DNA from: an archaeon GW2011_AR15
GTDB taxonomy: Archaea > Nanobdellota > Nanobdellia > Woesearchaeales > GW2011-AR15
Direction of reading: 5' to 3'
Length of the DNA: 64,000 nucleotides
NCBI GenBank assembly: GCA_000830295.1
Contig: CP010425.1
Span: 1,024,001-1,088,000, forward strand
Numbering within the stretch: position 1 is the stretch's first letter; each line of letters begins with the position of its first letter. The notes beneath the pieces were generated by a model. It did not search any database. It saw only the letters and a program-made list of their open reading frames with translations, and was not told the DNA's origin. Made by a program: the position numbers and the translations under genes. Shown piece by piece: positions 22,908 to 32,038 of this stretch.

Positions 22908-24233
22908 ATGGACAGAAAAACAACGAAGAAAAACCTTCTGTATTCGATATTTGACGGCACATTCTATTCGATTATGGTCGGTTTCGGAGAGTCTTTTTTC
23001 ATGGCTTTTGGTGTTTTTCTCAAGGCAAACATTTTTGAGCAGGGCCTGATAGGCTCATTGCCCCAGTCACTAGGATACTTTTTTGAGATTTTTTCAGACA
23101 GGCTTCTTAGGATAATAAAGTCAAGAAAGCTTATGGTTCTCATAGGTGCATTCATCCAGGGAATTATGTATATCCCGGTAATGCTTATATTCCTCTTTGG
23201 AGGGAGTAAGATTCCTCTGCTTATCCTCTTTATATCCCTCTATTGGATAGTTGGGATGATAATATCCCCCCCATGGAACAGCTGGATGAGCGATATTGTG
23301 CCTGTAAAAGAAAGGGGGAGATATTTCGGGAGAAGGACAAAGATTGCAGGTGTTGCTTCTTTTGTGGCATATATTTTTGGTGGATTGCTGCTCCAGTGGT
23401 TTGGAGGGCAGTATCAATATCTGGGATATGCTCTGATATTTGGGATTGCCTTTGTCTCAAGGATGGTTTCCTTTTCTTTCCTGCTAAAACAGGACGAGCC
23501 GGAATATAAAATCCCTGCTGAAAGATATAAGTTCAGGCATTTTGTGTCTTCTCTCTTCAAATCAAATTTCGGGACATTTACCCTCTATATGTTTATACTG
23601 AACTTTTCAGTCCAGATTGCTGCCCCTTTCTTTATCCCGTATATGCTGAATGATCTCAAAATGGATTATATAACCCTTACAGTTATTACAGCTACATCCA
23701 TGCTTGTGAAATATATGTCCATGCCTGGCTGGGGAAAAATAATAGACACATACGGAGCAAGAATCGTGCTGAAATTTACAGGGTATCTTATTCCTATAGT
23801 ACCTATAATGTGGGCTTTCAGCGCAAACTTCTATTATCTTATGTTTGCCCAGGTCCTGTCAGGATTCATATGGTCAGGCTTTGAGCTTGCTTCTGTAAAC
23901 TTCATGTTCGATACAACACCATATGACAAGAGGGCAGCTATGATAGCATACTATAATGTAGTCTATGGTGTTTCAAATATCAGCGGAGCATTGCTCGGCA
24001 GCTGGATTGCCACCCTGCCATTCATATTCTCGGGCTACAAACTGCTTTTTGTAGTCAGCGGGCTGCTTAGATTTGCTGCACCATTAATCTTTGTGCACAA
24101 GATAGAGGAAGAAAGAGAAGTGCCGGCACTTGGTTATGACAAACTGTTGTTTAAGATAATGACAATAAGACCAACAAGGGGGTTCTTGATTAACATCATT
24201 CCTATCCCGAGAAGGCCCCATAAAAAAAAGTAG
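22908..24233 (+). CDS. MFS transporter
   Basis: About 12 hydrophobic segments, W..WM.D.VP...RGRYFG.R and WGKIIDTYG motifs. Confidence 0.9.
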   Translation: MDRKTTKKNLLYSIFDGTFYSIMVGFGESFFMAFGVFLKANIFEQGLIGSLPQSLGYFFEIFSDRLLRIIKSRKLMVLIGAFIQGIMYIPVMLIFLFGGSKIPLLILFISLYWIVGMIISPPWNSWMSDIVPVKERGRYFGRRTKIAGVASFVAYIFGGLLLQWFGGQYQYLGYALIFGIAFVSRMVSFSFLLKQDEPEYKIPAERYKFRHFVSSLFKSNFGTFTLYMFILNFSVQIAAPFFIPYMLNDLKMDYITLTVITATSMLVKYMSMPGWGKIIDTYGARIVLKFTGYLIPIVPIMWAFSANFYYLMFAQVLSGFIWSGFELASVNFMFDTTPYDKRAAMIAYYNVVYGVSNISGALLGSWIATLPFIFSGYKLLFVVSGLLRFAAPLIFVHKIEEEREVPALGYDKLLFKIMTIRPTRGFLINIIPIPRRPHKKK

Positions 24234-24237
24234 ATTA

Positions 24238-24720
24238 TTAGCTGGCAAGAACCCGTTCTTTTTCAGCTTTCTTCACTGGATTATTTCCCATTGCATATAC
24301 AATTGGTTTTTCTCCAAGAGCAAGAACTGATAAATCAACAATATCATGTGTCAGGCCGATTTCTCTTAATCTATGTAGTACTCTTAGCTCGCTGAAAGGA
24401 ATCTCTATGCCTCTTTCCGGAGCTATCTGGAAATATATTGTATCTCTCCTAATCCTTTCGTCTGCCTGTTCAATTGTCGTATAGATATCAGACATAAGCT
24501 CGCCAAGTTTAGTTCTTTCAGAATATGGCCCTTTGCTCCCGAAATGATCAAAGCTGAGAAGCGCATGATAATTATCACCAATTCTTTCTACAAGATTAAC
24601 CCCTGATTTAGGTTCGTCAACAGCAAAAACAGTATTACCATATGGGTGCTTAGGAACCATCTGAAGGCCAAAGGGACCTATTGTTGTATTAATATAGACT
24701 AGATAATCCGAATTGCTCAT
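24238..24720 (-). CDS. Hypothetical protein
   Basis: 160-aa ORF with no recognised motif. Confidence 0.6.
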   Translation of the reverse strand: MSNSDYLVYINTTIGPFGLQMVPKHPYGNTVFAVDEPKSGVNLVERIGDNYHALLSFDHFGSKGPYSERTKLGELMSDIYTTIEQADERIRRDTIYFQIAPERGIEIPFSELRVLHRLREIGLTHDIVDLSVLALGEKPIVYAMGNNPVKKAEKERVLAS

Positions 24721-24775
24721 TTTAATCGAGCTAGATTAAAGTTATATTTAAAGCTATATCTAGATAGCTTTTTAA

Positions 24776-25111
24776 TTGCCACTCACATCCATAAAATTAC
24801 TGGATATACTTCAAATATGCCAATCGTGCAGGAGTTGCTGTGTTGGGACAGACATAAGGCTGACTGATTCTGATATAGAAAGATGGAAAAGAGAGGAAAG
24901 GCTGGATATACTGCTGTCCATTAATCCCCTTATCGGAGGTTCACGGCAGCTTATAAAGAAGAGGCACAATGATGACTGTATTTTCCTGGCAGACGACGGA
25001 AGCTGCCAAATACATGAGACCAAGCCATACATATGCCAGCGCTTTCCCACCTCTTTAAAGCACGCGCAGGTTTTTAAATGCAAACTCATAGGAAAAGTGC
25101 CGTTAAAATGA
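24776..25111 (+). CDS. YkgJ/FliB family cysteine-cluster protein (CxxCxxCC)
   Basis: CQSCRSCC, CIFL....CQIHETKPYICQRFP. Confidence 0.85.
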   Translation: MPLTSIKLLDILQICQSCRSCCVGTDIRLTDSDIERWKREERLDILLSINPLIGGSRQLIKKRHNDDCIFLADDGSCQIHETKPYICQRFPTSLKHAQVFKCKLIGKVPLK

Positions 25112-25179
25112 TAAATATTTAAACTAGTTCATCTTTTAGTATACTGATTTAGTAAAATGACCTCATAGAGGTGGTCAAA

Positions 25180-25497
25180 ATGACAAACTACACTTGCTAC
25201 AAATGCAAAAAAGAATACGGCAGCGATGAAATAAGGTTAAATGCTGACAGAAAACTGGTATGCGTTTACTGCCTTGGCACAAAAAAACATGCTGAAGTAA
25301 AAGAGCCTAAAATTGACAAGATTGAAGAAACAATTGAGTATGTATGCAATAACTGCCATTACTTATTCAAGAGAAAGGCGTCTGTTCTGTTCATGCACTG
25401 CCCATACTGCGGCCAGGAAGGAAAGATAATAGCAAAAAAGAATATGGACAGCGACATGATATTAAGTGATAGTATGGATGCAAAATACAGCTACTGA
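25180..25497 (+). CDS. Double zinc-ribbon protein
   Basis: Four CxxC pairs; GAGGTG SD before ATG at 25180. Confidence 0.75.
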   Translation: MTNYTCYKCKKEYGSDEIRLNADRKLVCVYCLGTKKHAEVKEPKIDKIEETIEYVCNNCHYLFKRKASVLFMHCPYCGQEGKIIAKKNMDSDMILSDSMDAKYSY

Positions 25498-26438
25498 AGC
25501 AGCTTTTTTACTTCTTTTATTATCCTTTTTTCAGTTAATCCGTATTTTTCAAGAAGGTCTTTTGCATTCCCTGATTCCCCAAACCTGTCTTCCATCCCTA
25601 TGATTTTTAATCTTGCTGGATACTCTTGGGAAAGCACTTCTGCAACAGCTCCTCCAAGCCCCCCGTTTACCTGATGCTCTTCTGCTGTTACAATAGCTTT
25701 TGTCTGTTTTGCTGCTTTTATTATTGCCTCTCTGTCTATTGGCTTTATAGTATGCATGTTTATTACAGCAGCGGAGATTCCCTCTTTCTCAAGGGATTCA
25801 GCAGCAAGAAGTGAATAATAGACCATCAGCCCGCAGGCGATTATTGTTATATCTTTTCCTTTCCTGAGATGGACTGCCTTTCCTATCTCAAAAGGCGTTT
25901 CTTCTGTTGTGAATACGGGTGTTTTTTCCCTCCCAAGCCTGACATAAGCCGGGCCTTTCATTTCTGCAACTGCCTCTATTGCCTTTTCTGCCTCAAGGGC
26001 ATCTGCAGGCACAATGACCTTTATGTTGGGAGTTGCCCTCATCATTGCAATATCTTCCATCATCTGATGCGTGGCTCCATCCGGCCCTACTGTCAGCCCT
26101 GCATGCGTAGAGACAAGCTTTACATTTAGGTTGGAATAGCACACAGACTGCCTTATATGGTCGTAGCATCTTCCGGGAAGGAAGGTTGCAAATGAGCTTG
26201 GGAAAGGTATTTTTCCTGCCAGTGCAAGGCCTGCTGCCATGCCAATCATGTTCTGCTCGGCAATTCCTGCCTCAATATATCTGTCAGGGAATTTTTCTCT
26301 GAATTCGTATGCCCTTGTTGAATCCCCTACGCTAGCTGAAAGCGCAACAATATTCTTATTTTTCTCTCCAAGCCTGATCAGGGCCTTTCCGAATCCATCC
26401 CTTGTTGCCAGCTTTTTTTCGTTTTTTAGGTTGTACAT
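25491..26438 (-). CDS. tktB: Transketolase, C-terminal subunit
   Basis: GIAEQNM, GPDGATHQ, EEHQ..GGLG. Confidence 0.95.
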   Translation of the reverse strand: MYNLKNEKKLATRDGFGKALIRLGEKNKNIVALSASVGDSTRAYEFREKFPDRYIEAGIAEQNMIGMAAGLALAGKIPFPSSFATFLPGRCYDHIRQSVCYSNLNVKLVSTHAGLTVGPDGATHQMMEDIAMMRATPNIKVIVPADALEAEKAIEAVAEMKGPAYVRLGREKTPVFTTEETPFEIGKAVHLRKGKDITIIACGLMVYYSLLAAESLEKEGISAAVINMHTIKPIDREAIIKAAKQTKAIVTAEEHQVNGGLGGAVAEVLSQEYPARLKIIGMEDRFGESGNAKDLLEKYGLTEKRIIKEVKKLLQ

Positions 26439-27251
26439 TTACTTCTCCTCTATCTCTTTCAGAGCCTGCTCTTTCTGCTTGTCATCGGGAGCAACGCCAT
26501 GCCATTCGAAATTGTCAAGCACAAATGAAACACCCTGGCCCATGTGTGTATGGAATATTATGAAAGAAGGGCCTTTTTTGTTGTTTTTTGCTTTTTCAAA
26601 AGTATCAATTATTTGTTTAAAATCATGTCCGTCTGCTTCATAGACCGTCCAGTTGAATGCCTCTACTTTATCTTTAAGAGGATCAAGCGCCATCATCTCC
26701 TCTGTTTTTCCTGCCTGCTGGACCATATTCCTGTCCACAAAAGCTATCAGATTGCCAAGTTTATAATGAGCTCCTGCCATAAGAGCCTCCCAGATTGAGC
26801 CTTCTTCCATCTCCCCATCACCAAGTCCGACAAACACATGGCTTTTCTTTTTATCCATCTTATAGCCTATTGCAAGACCTACAGATGCAGGGAATCCCTG
26901 ACCAAGAGAGCCTGTTGACAACTCTACAAGCGGGATGTCGATATTTGCAGGGTGACCCTGAAGCCTTGAGTTTACCTGCCTTAATGTCATGAGCTCTTTC
27001 TCAGGGATAAAGCCAGCTTCGGCAAGAGCAGCATACCAGACAGGATTTATATGGCCGTTGGAAAGAATGAACCTGTCCCTATCTTCCTTATCAGTGTGAA
27101 TGCTTTTTTCAAATACCCTAAAATAGAGAGCTGCAAAAACATCCGCCATGCCAAGTGATCCGCCAGTATGGCCGCTTCCTGCCTTGTTCAGCATGAGAAT
27201 TATTTTTTTTCTGATATCTTTAGCATGCTGCTTTAAGTCATCATACCCCAT
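26439..27251 (-). CDS. tktA: Transketolase, N-terminal (TPP-binding) subunit
   Basis: SGHTGGSL, DRFILSNGH, LQGHP, GDGEMEEG; start placed at ATG 27251. Confidence 0.95.
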   Translation of the reverse strand: MGYDDLKQHAKDIRKKIILMLNKAGSGHTGGSLGMADVFAALYFRVFEKSIHTDKEDRDRFILSNGHINPVWYAALAEAGFIPEKELMTLRQVNSRLQGHPANIDIPLVELSTGSLGQGFPASVGLAIGYKMDKKKSHVFVGLGDGEMEEGSIWEALMAGAHYKLGNLIAFVDRNMVQQAGKTEEMMALDPLKDKVEAFNWTVYEADGHDFKQIIDTFEKAKNNKKGPSFIIFHTHMGQGVSFVLDNFEWHGVAPDDKQKEQALKEIEEK

Positions 27252-27276
27252 AATTAAACCCCCAATGGCGGAAAGT

Positions 27277-27684
27277 TTATAAAAGTTTTGATGGATTTTT
27301 CTGGTGGCCATAGAGTCCCAGATAAAATTGAAGATTTTCAAATACCTGTCTTTCAGAATTATCCATCCGTGATAATGAGATTATTGTTATTTTATATCCG
27401 AGAGTGCCATATCTGGCGCCGTAATCCCTTTCCTTTATTATTGAATAAACTTCTGGTGACATAAACACCTGATAAGAAGCATCATGCCTGTGCACACCAA
27501 AACCATTCAGGTAAAGCCCCTGTCTTGATTTAACCTCATCAACACCAAATTCAAGGGGCAGCTGTATCCTGGTATCTGCGTATTTTATTATTGTCCCTTC
27601 CAATATATTATTTTCAAGATTGTCTATCTCTCCAGAAGTCAGGAATATATCAATGTCATTATCTGAACCAAGTCCAGCTATCAT
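27277..27684 (-). CDS. Hypothetical protein
   Basis: 135-aa ORF between ftsZ and transketolase, same strand. Confidence 0.6.
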   Translation of the reverse strand: MIAGLGSDNDIDIFLTSGEIDNLENNILEGTIIKYADTRIQLPLEFGVDEVKSRQGLYLNGFGVHRHDASYQVFMSPEVYSIIKERDYGARYGTLGYKITIISLSRMDNSERQVFENLQFYLGLYGHQKNPSKLL

Positions 27685-27698
27685 ATTAGAAATAAAGA

Positions 27699-28826
27699 TT
27701 AGTCGACAAACTCTATCCCAAGCTCGGTTTCCATGTCTTCTTTCTGCTTTGTGACAAGCTTTTTATCCTTGCCGAAAATCTGGGTGCTTTTCACTCCGGT
27801 AATAATGAGTATTGTTCTTATTGTCCCCTGAAGGTCTTCTGAGATTGACGCTCCCCAGATAACTCTTGCATCCTCATCAAGCTTGCTTGACACTGTTTCA
27901 ACAACTCTTCTTGCTTCTTCAAGTGTCATATCCGGTCCGCCTGAAACATTTATCAATGCGCCTGTTGAGCCAGTTATATCAACATCAAGAAGAGGGTTCT
28001 CGATTGCTTTCTCAACTGCTTCTATTGCCCTGTTTTCTGTGTCAGATTCACCTACACCTATAAGGGCGACCCCCCCTGAACTCATGATAGCTTTTATATC
28101 AGCAAAATCCAGATTGACAAGCCCCGGCCTTGTAACGAGCTCTGCAAGCCCCTTGACTGCATTTGTAAGAATTTCATCTGCAACTTTGAATGCTGTGTGC
28201 AGAGGCAAATCAGGAGCAAGCTCAAGAAGCTTATCGTTTGGAATTACAATTAACGTGTCAACTACTGCCTCAAGCCTTTCAAGCCCAAACAGGGCGTTTT
28301 CATATCTTCTGTGGCCTTCCATTGAGAATGGCATTGTTACAATACCTATCACAAGCGCTCCCATCTTTTTCGCGGTTTCCGCAATTATCGGGGCAGATCC
28401 TGTTCCTGTTCCGCCTCCAAGCCCGCATGTGATGAAGACCATGTCAGCTCCCTGAAGTGCTGCCTTTATTTCTGATTCATTCTCTTTTGCAGCATCTTCT
28501 CCGATTTTGGGTATGCTTCCTGCTCCCAGTCCCTTTGTCAGATCCCTTCCAATCAGGATTTTTTTATCTGCGCTTGTGTATAGAAGGTCCTGCGCATCTG
28601 TATTGACTGCAATTGTCTCTGCTCCTGCAACACCCACTTCTGTTATCCTGTTTATAGTATTATTCCCTGCTCCGCCGGTGCCAACGACTTTTATAGCAGC
28701 CTTCTGCCTGGAGAGTATCTCCTCCAGCTCCTTATCAATTGCATGCGGCCTTGAAATAGAAACTCCTTTTGGTGAACTATGAAAAGCGTCTTTACCTTCG
28801 TTAACTTCAACTTGCAAAATAAACAC
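27699..28826 (-). CDS. ftsZ: Cell division protein FtsZ
   Basis: [21 protein letters not shown]. Confidence 0.98.
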   Translation of the reverse strand: MFILQVEVNEGKDAFHSSPKGVSISRPHAIDKELEEILSRQKAAIKVVGTGGAGNNTINRITEVGVAGAETIAVNTDAQDLLYTSADKKILIGRDLTKGLGAGSIPKIGEDAAKENESEIKAALQGADMVFITCGLGGGTGTGSAPIIAETAKKMGALVIGIVTMPFSMEGHRRYENALFGLERLEAVVDTLIVIPNDKLLELAPDLPLHTAFKVADEILTNAVKGLAELVTRPGLVNLDFADIKAIMSSGGVALIGVGESDTENRAIEAVEKAIENPLLDVDITGSTGALINVSGGPDMTLEEARRVVETVSSKLDEDARVIWGASISEDLQGTIRTILIITGVKSTQIFGKDKKLVTKQKEDMETELGIEFVD

Positions 28827-28887
28827 CTCGCCCAGCTAAAACCTAGTTAAATCAATAGTAAGCTTATATTTAAAGGTATTGAAAGAA

Positions 28888-29601
28888 TTATTCTGGTTTG
28901 CTCTCTTTATTCTCGGAAGATTTTTCCTTTTTTTCAGTCTTTGGCTTTGATTCCTTGAAATCTTTCTTAAGCATAACCTCCTTTATATCCGGGATAAGTT
29001 CAGTCACTCTTTTCTTTACTGCATCAAGGACTTCCTTTGGGAACTTTTCCTCGCCGATAAGGAGAGTATTTTCTTTTAGCTCAAGTTCAGCATCTTTTAT
29101 ATTAAGCTCGTTCCTGAAAACTGCCCTTGCTTTCTCAAGGGGCGATTCAACTACCCTGGTTAATTTTGCCTCATATCTCAGGGTGCGGCCTGCCAGCGGG
29201 TGGTTGAAGTCTACTATAACCCTCCCACCTGAGACTGACCTGACTGTCCCGAAACTGTTGTCAATATTTACTTCAAGGCCCGGGAAAGGCTGTATCTCCT
29301 GCTTCCTGAATATCTTCATAGGCATCAGCTTAAGGAGTTTTGCGTTCTTTTTTCCGAATGCTTTCTCAGGCTCCAGTGTAACTTTAACAGTGGCGGGAAC
29401 TTTGCTTTCCATTATCTTTTCTTCCATTCCCTTAAGAATGTGCTCTTCACCGAGACAAACTACAACCGGCCCGAAGACAGAATTTTCTCTTGCCAGATTA
29501 TTGTCTTTGGCAGTCTTTTCATCTGTAGTGTCAAAAAGAGTGCCGTCTTCAAGCCATCCTGTATATTCAATCTCCACAAAATCATGCTTTTTTAATGACA
29601 T
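28888..29601 (-). CDS. slyD: FKBP-type peptidyl-prolyl isomerase (long archaeal SlyD type)
   Basis: YTG..EDGTLFDTT, PEKAFG, VDFNHPLAG. Confidence 0.93.
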   Translation of the reverse strand: MSLKKHDFVEIEYTGWLEDGTLFDTTDEKTAKDNNLARENSVFGPVVVCLGEEHILKGMEEKIMESKVPATVKVTLEPEKAFGKKNAKLLKLMPMKIFRKQEIQPFPGLEVNIDNSFGTVRSVSGGRVIVDFNHPLAGRTLRYEAKLTRVVESPLEKARAVFRNELNIKDAELELKENTLLIGEEKFPKEVLDAVKKRVTELIPDIKEVMLKKDFKESKPKTEKKEKSSENKESKPE

Positions 29602-29702
29602 TGTTTTTTTAGATTAAAGGCATGTTTAAAAAGCTTTCTGAGAATGAACACAAGTTTAGAAAATTTGAGATTCTGTCTAATTCAAAATAAGAATATTTAT
29701 AT

Positions 29703-29723
29703 ATTGTGTATGCATTACACTAA
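29703..29723 (+). promoter_or_regulatory. NrtR operator 1 (autoregulatory), just downstream of TATA box
   Basis: ATTGTGT-ATGCATT-ACACTAA, a 21-bp GT-N7-AC palindrome 3 bp before the nrtR ATG. Confidence 0.8.
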
Positions 29724-29726
29724 GAG

Positions 29727-30407
29727 ATGGAAAAATTAAGAGGCCAGATGCAGGTAGCTGTTGACGCAGTTGTATTTACAGTGGAAAATGATGTTCTAAA
29801 GATACTTCTTATAGAGAGAAGAAACCAGCCGTTCCAGGGGAGATTTGCCCTTCCCGGTGGATTTGTGAACCCAGATGAGGAATTTGAGCAGGCTGTAAAA
29901 AGAGAGCTTTTTGAGGAAACCGGCGTGAAAGACATATTTGTAAAGCAGATAGGTGCATATGGCAAAGTCAGCAGGGATCCCAGAGGAAGGATAATTTCAA
30001 TAGCCTTTCTTGCACTGATAAGCCATGACCAGAACCTAAAAGCCGCAACAGACGCAGCGAAAGTTAAATGGGCCCCGTTAAATGATCTGCCTCCGCTTGC
30101 ATTTGACCACAGGCAGATAATAAGCGACTCTCTTGAAGTCCTAAAGTTCGAAATACAAACCACAAATATCGCAAGAGAGATACTTCCTGAAGAATTTACA
30201 TTAAGCAATCTCCAGTCACTGTATGAGAATATCCTCCAAAGAAAGCTTGACAAGAGGAATTTCAGGAAAAAAATAAGGGAGCTTGAACTGGTAAAAGAAA
30301 CCGGAAAGCAATTTATGGAGGGAGCACACAGGCCTGCAATGCTATATGAATTTAGGGATAAGGAATATGAAAATTTAAAGGAAAGGATGCATGTTCTGCT
30401 AAGCTGA
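29727..30407 (+). CDS. nrtR: NrtR family Nudix-wHTH transcriptional regulator
   Basis: Nudix box ALPGGF...RELFEETG, RDPRGR, LAFDH; C-terminal FTLSNLQSLYE..LDKRNFRKK..HRPAMLY. Confidence 0.95.
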   Translation: MEKLRGQMQVAVDAVVFTVENDVLKILLIERRNQPFQGRFALPGGFVNPDEEFEQAVKRELFEETGVKDIFVKQIGAYGKVSRDPRGRIISIAFLALISHDQNLKAATDAAKVKWAPLNDLPPLAFDHRQIISDSLEVLKFEIQTTNIAREILPEEFTLSNLQSLYENILQRKLDKRNFRKKIRELELVKETGKQFMEGAHRPAMLYEFRDKEYENLKERMHVLLS

Positions 30408-30878
30408 TTTGGTTAATGGATGATGGTCGTAATACCTATACATGCTATTAACTTCCGGATGCCTTTGTTTTGAACCATCATACACAATATAGGTCCCTAT
30501 TAGTTTTGCCCCATTCTTGGACAGAGCCTCTTTTATGCCGGTCCTTGTCCTGCCACTCCAGAGGCTGTCATCAAGGAAGAAATATCCTTCCCCTTCTGCT
30601 ATATATCCGGCTAAATCCTCTATATCATTTCCTGTCCTGATACCCCCTGTTACAACAAGAAGCCTGTTCTTTGTTTTTCTGGTTGTTAAAACATAATCTG
30701 AAAAAACTTCCCCAAATCTTCCTGACACAATAATTCCTGCATTTTCAGGGACTGCTGAATATAGGCAGTTAAAAATATCAAAATTTCTCCCTATCTCTGC
30801 ATCAAGGTTTTCATAAAATCTCTTCCCTCCCTTATGTTCCTGGAGCATTCCAACAATCAATTCTGTGAGTCTGTTCAT
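30399..30878 (-). CDS. Minimal type I phosphoribosyltransferase-fold protein
   Basis: PRPP-binding motif FFLDDSLWSGRT. Confidence 0.7.
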   Translation of the reverse strand: MNRLTELIVGMLQEHKGGKRFYENLDAEIGRNFDIFNCLYSAVPENAGIIVSGRFGEVFSDYVLTTRKTKNRLLVVTGGIRTGNDIEDLAGYIAEGEGYFFLDDSLWSGRTRTGIKEALSKNGAKLIGTYIVYDGSKQRHPEVNSMYRYYDHHPLTKSA

Positions 30879-30881
30879 TTT

Positions 30882-31547
30882 TTAGTTTTGCATAGTTTTT
30901 TCAAGAGCAAAATAAAACTGATGCGCGAATAGATCAGGACACATTCTGCTCAGTTTTTTTGCAAAAGGAGGATTAATATCTTTAACAATCCACGCCCTTC
31001 TGTATTCTTCAGCGACTGGTTGGTATCCTGCCGCAGCGAACATCTTTTTCCATTCCTTTGTTGTGTGCATGGATACATGACCTTTGTGAAACTCTTCAAA
31101 ATCATAAAAGTTGCCTGAATGCAGGGCTTTATCAACCCTGGCTGCTATGCTCCGCGGGTTTGGGACAGTGATAAGAAGCCTTCCATCATCTTTTAACAGG
31201 AACTCTATAGTTCTTAAAGCTTCTTCCGGGTGTTTAAGATGCTCCAGGATTTCGGAAGCAATAACAGTATCATAAACCCCTATATTATCCTCTCTCTTTA
31301 TTTTTGTGATATCCGCGTGAATGATTCTCTGGAATCCCCCGGGTGTTTCCTCGCATGCATAAATAGAAATATCCAAACCAACTTTATTCGGGACTGCTGC
31401 ATCAACAGACACAGGATATTTGCCGCAACCTATCTCAAGCAGACTCTCTCCCCTGGCATAATTCGCAATAAATCTTTTTCTTGATGGAGAGGGCTTCCAG
31501 TCCTCATAATCATTGTAATGCAAATTTGCCGCAATTATACTATTCAT
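30882..31547 (-). CDS. Class I SAM-dependent methyltransferase
   Basis: LLEIGCG, GLDIS, SEILEHL, GRLLITVPN. Confidence 0.9.
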   Translation of the reverse strand: MNSIIAANLHYNDYEDWKPSPSRKRFIANYARGESLLEIGCGKYPVSVDAAVPNKVGLDISIYACEETPGGFQRIIHADITKIKREDNIGVYDTVIASEILEHLKHPEEALRTIEFLLKDDGRLLITVPNPRSIAARVDKALHSGNFYDFEEFHKGHVSMHTTKEWKKMFAAAGYQPVAEEYRRAWIVKDINPPFAKKLSRMCPDLFAHQFYFALEKTMQN

Positions 31548-31608
31548 CAGTGGTAGTTTATTGAAATTATATATAAATATATACTAAAATCAAAACATTT
31601 ATATATAA

Positions 31609-31629
31609 TAAGTGTTTACTATACACTAA
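31609..31629 (+). promoter_or_regulatory. NrtR operator 2 at the NAD operon promoter
   Basis: TAAGTGT-TTACTAT-ACACTAA directly after TTTATATA TATA box. Confidence 0.8.
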
Positions 31630-31640
31630 GTAAGACAATC

Positions 31641-31675
31641 AAGCTCAATCCTGAAAACAGGGTTGGGCTTTTTTT
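31641..31675 (+). terminator. Intrinsic-terminator-like hairpin in the operon leader
   Basis: AAGCTCAATCCTG-AAAA-CAGGGTTGGGCTT (13 bp, 2 G.U) ending in a T7 run. Confidence 0.6.
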
Positions 31676-31684
31676 GGATGAAAA

Positions 31685-31705
31685 TAAGTGTAAAAAATAC
31701 AAGAA
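31685..31705 (+). promoter_or_regulatory. NrtR operator 3
   Basis: TAAGTGT-AAAAAAT-ACAAGAA. Confidence 0.6.
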
Positions 31706-31713
31706 GTGAAAAT

Positions 31714-32037
31714 ATGGATGAAAACCTTGGGATGAAGATAGAAAGGCTCAGCAGGGAACTGGAAAGGGCACAACATGAAAGGTCATTGTGCAACCATGTT
31801 TTCGGAGAGCCTAACAGAATTTTAACAGAGTATAAAGTGCCTTACATTGTTGGGTATATACCTTGCGGTTCTGATCCAATCCCTGATTTAAAATACGAAA
31901 CAAAAACAAGAATCGGATGGGAAAGGATGTGCCTGAATGATTGCGGATACAGAGAATACACCGAAGCACTGGAAGTGACACAGGAAAAGAGATACAAACC
32001 TGATTTCACAAAACCGATAGTAAGAACGGGAGGCTAA
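31714..32037 (+). CDS. Hypothetical protein (coiled-coil plus CxH...CxxxC), first gene of the NAD operon
   Basis: ATG at 31714; stop lies 1 nt before pncB. Confidence 0.7.
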   Translation: MDENLGMKIERLSRELERAQHERSLCNHVFGEPNRILTEYKVPYIVGYIPCGSDPIPDLKYETKTRIGWERMCLNDCGYREYTEALEVTQEKRYKPDFTKPIVRTGG

Positions 32038-32038
32038 A

